Assembly (NCBI GenBank): GCA_041645215.1
Contig: JBAZQK010000008.1
Location: forward strand, 1,744-65,743
Direction: 5' to 3'
From: Patescibacteria group bacterium
GTDB taxonomy: Bacteria; Patescibacteriota; Patescibacteriia; Veblenbacterales; UBA10138
DNA length: 64,000 nt
Part shown: positions 18,226-25,616 of the stretch, piece after piece
How positions within the stretch are numbered: the stretch's first letter is position 1
Layout of the letters: every line of letters starts with the position of its first letter
Notes under the pieces: generated by a model
Told to the model about the DNA's origin: nothing
Seen by the model: only the letters and a program-made list of their open reading frames with translations
Databases searched by the model: none
Made by a program: the position numbers and the translations under genes

Positions 18226-18836
18226 TAAAAATCGCAATCCAAAAAGAAGGGCGGCTCAAGATACCGAGTCTTGAGTTTCTTGAATCTTTGGGCCTTCAAT
18301 TTTCCAAAGACAATGACAGAACGCTTGTTGTTCCTTGTAAAAACGCCGATGTCGAAATTCTATATGTGCGGCACAGCGATATACCGCAGTATGTTCAAAG
18401 CGGCGCGGCTGATTTTGCTGTTGTTGGTGGCAATGTGCTGTATGAGAATAATTTTAAGGTAAGAGAAGTTAAAAAACTGGATTTTGGCAGGTGCCGTTTG
18501 GTGATTGCCATACCCATTATTTCTCCTATTCAAAAAACAAAAGAACTTGAGGGGGAGCGAGTAGCAACGTCTTACCCAAATAGTCTGCGAAAGTTTTTAC
18601 AAAAGCAAAAAATCAACGCGGCCATCATTGAAATAAAAGGCGCGGTTGAAGTTGCGCCGGTTTTGGGGCTCGCGGACGCGATTTGTGATCTTACGCAAAC
18701 CGGAAATACGCTAAAAGAAAACGCCCTGAAGCCCATAGCCACATTATTTAATTCCACGGCCGTATTTATCGAGTCGCCATTTGAAAGCAAACAAAAGAAT
18801 GAATTTATAAACAAGTTTCTAACTGCAACACTATGA
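18192..18836 (+). CDS. hisG: ATP phosphoribosyltransferase, short form
   Basis: KIAIQKEGRL, DIPQYV, RVATSYP, GAVEVAP..GLADAICDL.QTG.TL. Confidence 0.92.
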   Translation: MKLQKYTISNGVKIAIQKEGRLKIPSLEFLESLGLQFSKDNDRTLVVPCKNADVEILYVRHSDIPQYVQSGAADFAVVGGNVLYENNFKVREVKKLDFGRCRLVIAIPIISPIQKTKELEGERVATSYPNSLRKFLQKQKINAAIIEIKGAVEVAPVLGLADAICDLTQTGNTLKENALKPIATLFNSTAVFIESPFESKQKNEFINKFLTATL

Positions 18837-20116
18837 AAAAATATTATTTTAAACAACTTAATGATGCCGCATTAAAAAACCTTTGTAAAAGAAAGGCCAT
18901 TCGTTTTGATGACGTTTTGCCTGTTGTCGAAAATGTCTTGCGTGAAGTCAAAATGAGAGGTGACGAGGCTATCCGTGAGTTCACAGCAAAATTCGATAAT
19001 GCAAGTCTTTCTTCTTTGAAAGTCAACAAAAAAGAAATTGAGCGCGCTTGTGAACGCATACCAAAAAATATCCGGAGTGCTTTTAGAAAAGCAACGCGCA
19101 ATATAGAGAAATTTCACAAAGCGCAGATGGTCCGGCGAAAGGAGGTAAAAACAATGTCTGGGATTACCTGTTTTGCAGAGGCGAGAGCGATTGAAAAAGT
19201 TGGGCTATACATTCCCGGCGGGACAGCGCCATTGCCTTCAACGGTATTGATGCTTGCAATTCCAGCAAAACTTGCTGGTTGCGAGGAAATTGTGCTTATT
19301 ACTCCGCCAACAAAAGACGGAGATATAGCTGATGTTATTTTATTCGCCGCCCAGCTCTGTGGAATTACACAAATTTTCAAAATTGGCGGCGCGCAGGCAA
19401 TTGCGGCGTTAGCGTTTGGGACGGAGAGCGTGCCGAAAGTTTACAAGATTTTTGGCCCCGGCAATCAATATGTGACTGCGGCAAAAATGCTGGTTTCTAT
19501 TAACCCCGATGGCGCGGCTATTGATATGCCAGCCGGACCGACGGAGGTGCTGGTTGTTGCCGACGAAAAAGCGCGGGCTGATTTTGTGGCAAGCGATCTT
19601 TTATCACAAGCAGAGCATGGTATTGACTCACAAGCGATTCTTGTTGCTACTTCTGATAAAAAAGCAAACGAAGTCCTAGTCGAGGTGAGACAGCAATTGC
19701 AGTCTTTGCCACGAAAAGAGATTGCTCAAAAATCGCTCGACAATAGTTTTGTTATCGTTGTTGATTCTGTGGATAAGGCAATTGCTTTCTCTAACATGTA
19801 CGCACCTGAACACCTTATCTTAAATGTTGGAAATGCCACAAGGTATGTTCCAGAAATTATAAACGCTGGTTCTGTATTTTTAGGTCCGTACTCTTGTGAG
19901 TCAGCCGGTGATTACGCCAGCGGCACCAATCACTCGTTGCCGACGTATGGCTATGCCCGCGTATCAGGTGGTGTTTTTGTGAGCAGTTTTCAAAAGCAAG
20001 TAACCTTTCAGAAAATTACCAAACAGGGAGCGAAAAATTTAGGGCCCATTGTATCAACCTTGGCTTCCCAAGAATCGCTGGAGGGCCACAAAAGGGCGAT
20101 GCAGTTACGCTATTAA
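18833..20116 (+). CDS. hisD: Histidinol dehydrogenase
   Basis: GLYIPGG, GPGNQYV, DMPAGPTE, SQAEH, APEHL, GDYASGTNH. Confidence 0.96.
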   Translation: MKKYYFKQLNDAALKNLCKRKAIRFDDVLPVVENVLREVKMRGDEAIREFTAKFDNASLSSLKVNKKEIERACERIPKNIRSAFRKATRNIEKFHKAQMVRRKEVKTMSGITCFAEARAIEKVGLYIPGGTAPLPSTVLMLAIPAKLAGCEEIVLITPPTKDGDIADVILFAAQLCGITQIFKIGGAQAIAALAFGTESVPKVYKIFGPGNQYVTAAKMLVSINPDGAAIDMPAGPTEVLVVADEKARADFVASDLLSQAEHGIDSQAILVATSDKKANEVLVEVRQQLQSLPRKEIAQKSLDNSFVIVVDSVDKAIAFSNMYAPEHLILNVGNATRYVPEIINAGSVFLGPYSCESAGDYASGTNHSLPTYGYARVSGGVFVSSFQKQVTFQKITKQGAKNLGPIVSTLASQESLEGHKRAMQLRY

Positions 20117-20130
20117 TAATAACTATTCTT

Positions 20131-21696
20131 ATGAAAAATTTAGCATTAGAAAGAATTCAAAAAATGAAATCATATAAACCGCCACTCGACGGCAGGTCGG
20201 AATATGGCGGCATGCTTTTGGATTTCAATGAGCGAACGAAACCACCGCCAAGCAACGTTGTCCGCACACTGGAAAAATTTGTAAAGGGCCAAAAACTACA
20301 GGTATACCCGGAGTATTTTGATTTGGAGAGGAGAATTGCGAAATATGCTGACGTCAAGATCAACCAAGTAATGATTACCAACGGATCCGATCAAGGTATT
20401 GATATTATTTTCCGAACATTCACTGAAAGGGGCGACAAAGTAATTATTCCCAGCCCCAGCTTTGCTATGTTTTATCAGTGTGCTCAAATTGTTGGCAATG
20501 AAATTGTTTGTCCGCTTTACAAAAAGGATGATCTTGCGTTTCCACTTGAGGAAGTATTAAGTTTGATTGACGAGCAAACAAAGCTGATTGTGGTATGCAA
20601 CCCCAATAACCCGACTGGTACCGGTGTGTCCGTTGCTGATATTGAAAAAATAGCGCGGAAGGCAAAGAAAGCGGTCGTATACGTTGATGAGGCCTATTTT
20701 GAATTCTCAAAAATTACCACTACATCTCTCATCAGGAAATATCCAAACATTATTATAACGAGAACATTTTCAAAAGCTTTCGGCCTCGCTTCTCTTAGAA
20801 TTGGATATGTTATCGCGAGAGCAGAATACATCGCTGAAATGCTGAAAATTCGCGGACCCTATGACGTAAATATGGCCGCGTACTATGCGGCATGCGCGGC
20901 ACTTGGAGACAGAAAAAGTATGGAGCGCTATGTTGACGACGTAATGACGAAAGCAAAACCACTGGTGGAAAAATTCTTTTCTCAAAATGCCGTACCTTAT
21001 TTTTTGTCCCGGTCAAACTTTATTTTATTTCGTCCCGATAATCCTGAAAACGCGATGAAGTTACTTGGTAAGGGCGGTGTCCTGGTGCGACCGCAAAATA
21101 AGCAGAATATTGAAAACACCTTGCGCGTGAGTATCGGCACGATAAAGCAAATGGAGAAGTTTATTGGGATTTATAAAAGCGTTGTGTCTAAAAATTCAAA
21201 GCGTAAGTACGCCTTTCTTGATCGTGACGGTACTCTCCTAAACGAACCTCAAGATACTTATCAGATTGACAGCTTAAAAAAACTGAAAATTCTTGATGGC
21301 GTCATTGCCGGATTACAAGAATTGAAAAAAAGAGGCTACGCGCTGATTATGATTTCCAATCAAGACGGTTTAGGAACTTCCTCATTCCCGCAAAAGGGTT
21401 TTGCGGCTCCGCAAGAAAAAATGCTGAAAATCTTTCGCAGTAATGGAATAACTTTTGACCAAATATTTATTTGTCCGCACTTGCCGCAGGAGTCATGTAA
21501 TTGCCGCAAGCCAAAAACAAGATTGGTGGATGAATTTTTGCAGAACGCAAACATTGATAAAAAATTATCTTTCGTTTGCGGCGATAGAAACAGTGATCGG
21601 AAATTCGCGAAGAATATCGGCATTAAGTTTATTCCGATGGAAACCAACGGCAATTTTTGCAAGGCGATTAAGTCATTTTTAACCAAAACTATATGA
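20131..21696 (+). CDS. hisC: Histidinol-phosphate aminotransferase fused to HAD histidinol phosphatase (HisC-HisB N-domain)
   Basis: NPNNPTG, DEAY, RTFSKAFGLA.LRIG, then FLDRDGT, SNQDG, CPH..C.CRKP, GDR.SD. Confidence 0.9.
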   Translation: MKNLALERIQKMKSYKPPLDGRSEYGGMLLDFNERTKPPPSNVVRTLEKFVKGQKLQVYPEYFDLERRIAKYADVKINQVMITNGSDQGIDIIFRTFTERGDKVIIPSPSFAMFYQCAQIVGNEIVCPLYKKDDLAFPLEEVLSLIDEQTKLIVVCNPNNPTGTGVSVADIEKIARKAKKAVVYVDEAYFEFSKITTTSLIRKYPNIIITRTFSKAFGLASLRIGYVIARAEYIAEMLKIRGPYDVNMAAYYAACAALGDRKSMERYVDDVMTKAKPLVEKFFSQNAVPYFLSRSNFILFRPDNPENAMKLLGKGGVLVRPQNKQNIENTLRVSIGTIKQMEKFIGIYKSVVSKNSKRKYAFLDRDGTLLNEPQDTYQIDSLKKLKILDGVIAGLQELKKRGYALIMISNQDGLGTSSFPQKGFAAPQEKMLKIFRSNGITFDQIFICPHLPQESCNCRKPKTRLVDEFLQNANIDKKLSFVCGDRNSDRKFAKNIGIKFIPMETNGNFCKAIKSFLTKTI

Positions 21697-22283
21697 GAGC
21701 GAGAACTTCAACAATCAGGCGTAAAACAAGGGAAACCGACATTGCCGTTACTGTAAAACTTGATGGTACGGGCAAATATCAAGTGGACACCGGCATCGGT
21801 TTTCTGAATCACATGCTGGAACTTTTTTCCAGGCATTCGTTAATAGATCTCACCGTAAAAGCTAAAGGCGATCTGAAAGTAGATGAACATCACACAGTTG
21901 AGGATATTGGAATTTGTTTGGGCGCAGCGCTGCGCCAAAGCCTTGGCGACAAAAAAGGCATTGAGCGGTATGGTTTTTTGTTGCCTATGGATGAAGCTCT
22001 GGCTGAAGCAGCAATTGATTTAGGCGGAAGGGCTTGTCTTGTTTGGAACGCTTCTTTTAAGCGGGAAAAAATAGGAGATATGCCGACCGAGCTTTTCGAG
22101 GATTTTTTTAAGGCGGTAGCTGATAATCTCCAAGCAAATATCCACATCAATGTAAAATACGGCAGGAACGAACACCACATTGCGGAAAGCATATTTAAAG
22201 CGCTTGCAAGAGCCTTGAGGAATGCTGTAAGCCGCGATAAGCGAGCCAAAGATTTATTACCATCTACCAAAGGAAAATTATGA
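21693..22283 (+). CDS. hisB: Imidazoleglycerol-phosphate dehydratase
   Basis: R.TRETDI, GFLNHML, DEHHTVED, NEHH..E..FKA, PSTKG. Confidence 0.95.
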   Translation: MRARTSTIRRKTRETDIAVTVKLDGTGKYQVDTGIGFLNHMLELFSRHSLIDLTVKAKGDLKVDEHHTVEDIGICLGAALRQSLGDKKGIERYGFLLPMDEALAEAAIDLGGRACLVWNASFKREKIGDMPTELFEDFFKAVADNLQANIHINVKYGRNEHHIAESIFKALARALRNAVSRDKRAKDLLPSTKGKL

Positions 22284-23005
22284 TTGCCATTATTGACTAC
22301 AAGGCAGGCAATATTGCGTCTGTAAAAAACGCTCTGGAACGACTTGGGCGAGCGTGTGTTGTTACATCCGAGCCGAAAGAAATTTTATCAGCTGACGGCG
22401 TAATATTCCCGGGTCAAGGCCGGGCTGGCGCCGCAATGTCGAACTTAAGAAAAACCGGCATTGATAAGATTATTCCTCAAATTACAAAACCGTTTTTGGG
22501 TATTTGTCTGGGGATGCAACTACTTGGCTCAACTTCCGCAGAAGATAAGACAGAATGCCTTGAGATTTTTCAGGGTGTGTGTCGCAAATTCCCGCCGACA
22601 TTAAAAACCCCGCATCTTGGCTGGAATAAAGTTGAATTGACGGGAGAGTCATCCTTAACCACTGGTATCCAAAACGGGGCATACTTTTATTTTGTGCACT
22701 CATATTACGTTGACCCCGTTAGAAGTCCTCGGCGTAAAAATTGCTGTGCAATTTTTACGCGGTATCAATCAGAGCTCACTACTGAAAGTTGTCGTGATAA
22801 TGACACAATGTCATTATCACGACCAAAGCCGACTTCTAACGGGGTTGATGTTGCGGAAGCTCAAATTGTCGGAAAAACAAGTTATGGTTTTGATTTTCCA
22901 TCGATTATGCAAAAAGGTAATTTTTTTGCAGTCCAGTTTCACCCTGAAAAATCAGGTGAGCAAGGTTTACGATTACTCAATAATTTTTGTGAACTATGTA
23001 TATAA
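22280..23005 (+). CDS. hisH: IGP synthase glutaminase subunit with a 45-aa insertion
   Basis: IIDY.AGN..SV, GICLGMQ, PHLGWN, YFVHSYY, QFHPEKSG. Confidence 0.93.
   Translation: MIAIIDYKAGNIASVKNALERLGRACVVTSEPKEILSADGVIFPGQGRAGAAMSNLRKTGIDKIIPQITKPFLGICLGMQLLGSTSAEDKTECLEIFQGVCRKFPPTLKTPHLGWNKVELTGESSLTTGIQNGAYFYFVHSYYVDPVRSPRRKNCCAIFTRYQSELTTESCRDNDTMSLSRPKPTSNGVDVAEAQIVGKTSYGFDFPSIMQKGNFFAVQFHPEKSGEQGLRLLNNFCELCI
22714..22844. mobile_element. CCCCGTTAGAA-family IR element (131 bp) in frame within hisH
   Basis: IRs with TTGA duplication; 131+4=135 bp=45 codons, no stop. Confidence 0.88.
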
Positions 23006-24471
23006 TACCAGCAATTGACATAATGAACGGCAAATGTGTGCGTTTAGCGCAAGGAAATTTTGCGAAGTCAACCATCTACAACAGCAATCCGGTTGAGGTT
23101 GCGAAAGATTTTGCAAAGCAAGGAGCGCAATCCTTGCATATTGTTGATTTGGACGGCGCAAAATCGGGCTTTCCAGTAAACTTGGAAACAGTCCTTGCCA
23201 TCGTTAAATCGGTCAACATTCCGCTTCAAGTTGGCGGCGGCATACGCTTGTACGATCAGGCGCAAAAATATCTTGAAAATGGCATTGAGAAAATTATTTT
23301 AAGCACTGTTGCCATAGAAGACCCAAAATTGCTGGAGCGTCTATTGGAGGAATTTGGAAGTTATAGAGTTACAGTTTCAGTGGATATTGATGATGGACAA
23401 GTCGCTACTCGCGGCTGGATGAAAAAGAACACAAAAACTGTTCCGGGCCTTGTTAGTTTTCTCAAAAAAGTGGGTATCACATCGGTCATTGTAACCGACA
23501 TTTCCAAAGACGGCTTACTTAAAGGGCCAAATTTTGATTTGGCAAAAGAATTTATCAACGAAGGATTCAAAACTGTTGTGGCTGGCGGCGTATCATCTTT
23601 GGGAGATTTAGAGAAGTTGAATAAGCTAGGTGCATTTGGCGCAATAATTGGGAAAGCAATGTATGAGGGAAAAGTTGATCTGCGAGAAGCGCAGGAAAGA
23701 GTCGCTTATAAAAACAATCTTGCCAAAAGAATCATTCCTTGCCTTGATGTAAAAAATGGGCGGGTAGTAAAGGGCATACGCTTTAGCGATTTGTGCGATG
23801 CTGGTGATCCGGTTGAACTGGGAAAACGATACTGCGAGTTAGGTGCGGACGAGCTTATTTTTCTTGATATAGCCGCCACACTGGAAAATCGCAAAACACT
23901 TTGCGAGTTGGTTTCAAAGATTGCCAAAGAAATAAACATACCTTTTACCGTTGGTGGCGGCATTTCAACGTTTGAGGATATAAAAAATCTCCTTAATGCC
24001 GGGGCCGACAAGGTCTCCATTGGGTCCGCGGCGGTGAAAAATCCTAATTTTGTCAAGGAGGCGGCGGAGTATTTTGGTTCTCAATGCATCGTTATTTCTG
24101 TTGACGCGAAAAGGCAAAATGAGGGCTGGAAAATTTATATAAAGGGCGGGTCAGAAAAAACAGATATTGACGCTATAGAATTTTCCAAACAAATGGAAAA
24201 ACTCGGCGCCGGGGAACTTCTGGTGAATAGTTTAGACCGCGACGGAACCAGAGAAGGATTTGATCTGGAGTTGTTAGAAAGTATTACAGACAGTGTGAAT
24301 ATTCCGGTGATTGCCTCAAGTGGTGCCGGTTCAATGCAAGATTTTCTGGCCGTTTTTCAAAAAACAAACGTTGATGCCGCTCTTGGAGCAAGCATATTCC
24401 ACTATCAAGAAGTAAACATAATGGAACTCAAGAAATTTTTATCCAATAATAATTTACCCATACGCGTATGA
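22996..24471 (+). CDS. hisAF: HisA-HisF fusion (ProFAR isomerase plus IGP synthase cyclase)
   Basis: IIPAIDI..GKCVRL.QG, HIVDLDGA, QVGGGIR; then LAKRIIPCLDV, FLDIAA, PFTVGGGI, IASSGAG. Confidence 0.92.
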   Translation: MYIIPAIDIMNGKCVRLAQGNFAKSTIYNSNPVEVAKDFAKQGAQSLHIVDLDGAKSGFPVNLETVLAIVKSVNIPLQVGGGIRLYDQAQKYLENGIEKIILSTVAIEDPKLLERLLEEFGSYRVTVSVDIDDGQVATRGWMKKNTKTVPGLVSFLKKVGITSVIVTDISKDGLLKGPNFDLAKEFINEGFKTVVAGGVSSLGDLEKLNKLGAFGAIIGKAMYEGKVDLREAQERVAYKNNLAKRIIPCLDVKNGRVVKGIRFSDLCDAGDPVELGKRYCELGADELIFLDIAATLENRKTLCELVSKIAKEINIPFTVGGGISTFEDIKNLLNAGADKVSIGSAAVKNPNFVKEAAEYFGSQCIVISVDAKRQNEGWKIYIKGGSEKTDIDAIEFSKQMEKLGAGELLVNSLDRDGTREGFDLELLESITDSVNIPVIASSGAGSMQDFLAVFQKTNVDAALGASIFHYQEVNIMELKKFLSNNNLPIRV

Positions 24472-25145
24472 ACCCCGTTAGAAATAATATAAAAAATATA
24501 ATAAACCCTGTTAGGAACAAAATTTCTAACGGGGTGAATAAACTTAATATCCAACAATTGGATTTTGATAAGTTGGGCGAGATTATTCCTGCAATCATCC
24601 AAGATGCTGAAACAAAAGCTGTCCTTATGCTGGGATTTATGGATAAAGAGGCACTGAACAAAACAATCAAAAGCAAAAAAGTTACATTTTGGAGTAGAAC
24701 AAAAAAACGACTTTGGGAGAAAGGCGAAATTTCGGGCAATACGCTTGAAGTAATCTCCATTGCTGCCGATTGCGATAATGACATACTTTTGGTTTTGGCA
24801 AAGCCGAAAGGACCAACGTGCCACACCGGCGCTTATTCTTGTTTTGGAACTAAAAAGCAAGGTGGGCTTGAATTTTTGCAAGAGCTTTATGATTTGCTAG
24901 TTGCAAGAAAAAAGGATTTACCGAAAAATTCTTACACGACCTCGCTTTTCAACCAGGGGTTGGTTAAAATTTTAGAGAAGGTTGAGGAAGAATCAGGCGA
25001 GGCGCTGCAAGCTGCCAGAAAAGAGACAAGAACGCGGCTTATTGAGGAAAGCTCCGATTTGTTATATCACCTGTTCGTACTGCTTGTTCAAAAAAATATT
25101 TCTCTCAACGATATTACCCAAGAACTCCAACGCCGAAAAAAATAG
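24468..25145 (+). CDS. hisIE: Bifunctional PR-AMP cyclohydrolase/PR-ATP pyrophosphatase
   Basis: LWEKGEISGN, DCDND, GPTCHTG..SCF, SYT..L, KV.EE..E, DLLYH. Confidence 0.95.
   Translation: MNPVRNNIKNIINPVRNKISNGVNKLNIQQLDFDKLGEIIPAIIQDAETKAVLMLGFMDKEALNKTIKSKKVTFWSRTKKRLWEKGEISGNTLEVISIAADCDNDILLVLAKPKGPTCHTGAYSCFGTKKQGGLEFLQELYDLLVARKKDLPKNSYTTSLFNQGLVKILEKVEEESGEALQAARKETRTRLIEESSDLLYHLFVLLVQKNISLNDITQELQRRKK
24473..24534. mobile_element. CCCCGTTAGAA-family IR element (62 bp) in the hisIE start codon
   Basis: IRs with TGAA duplication; 66 bp in frame; internal degenerate end CCCTGTTAGGAA. Confidence 0.85.
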
Positions 25146-25404
25146 TCCCGCCGCTTCCGGCCTTCGCAGTCTTCCTAAGGAGGACGAAGTCGGCGGCTGC
25201 GGCTTCTGAGTTTCATTTTTAAGGTGCTTTATTTATTAGCAAGGGCAAGTGAAGTCGGGCTGATTCGCCCTTGAGCCGCGTTTGGCTTAAAGCAAACTTT
25301 AGTTTTATCCTCATCCATCCGCCCTAGACGGGTGGTCTTCTGCGAAGGCGGATAAAAAATCTGACCCGATGTACATCGGGTCAGATTTAATCTACTGTTT
25401 TTAA

Positions 25405-25502
25405 GCTTACTTACCAGCGTTAGCTAAATTGTAAAATAGAGCTGGTTTTACAGATGTTCTTGATAAGGAGGGGTCACAAGTACATCAAACTGGTAAGTAA
25501 GC
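25405..25502. repeat. MITE-like element with GCTTACTTACCAG inverted repeats
   Basis: 13-bp perfect IRs; flanks TTAA/CTAA. Confidence 0.5.
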
Positions 25503-25616
25503 CTAACTACATTAGTACTTATTTGATGATTTGTTAAGGCCTATTTTTTAGTATATTTTACTTTAGCAATGTTATGCTATATTGTCAAGAGGCCCGAATT
25601 CGCCAATCGCTAAACC

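Noticed and set aside
22714-22844. HisH insertion as an intein or self-splicing intron
   Set aside because: Too short; no C/S...HN splice residues and no group I/II core.
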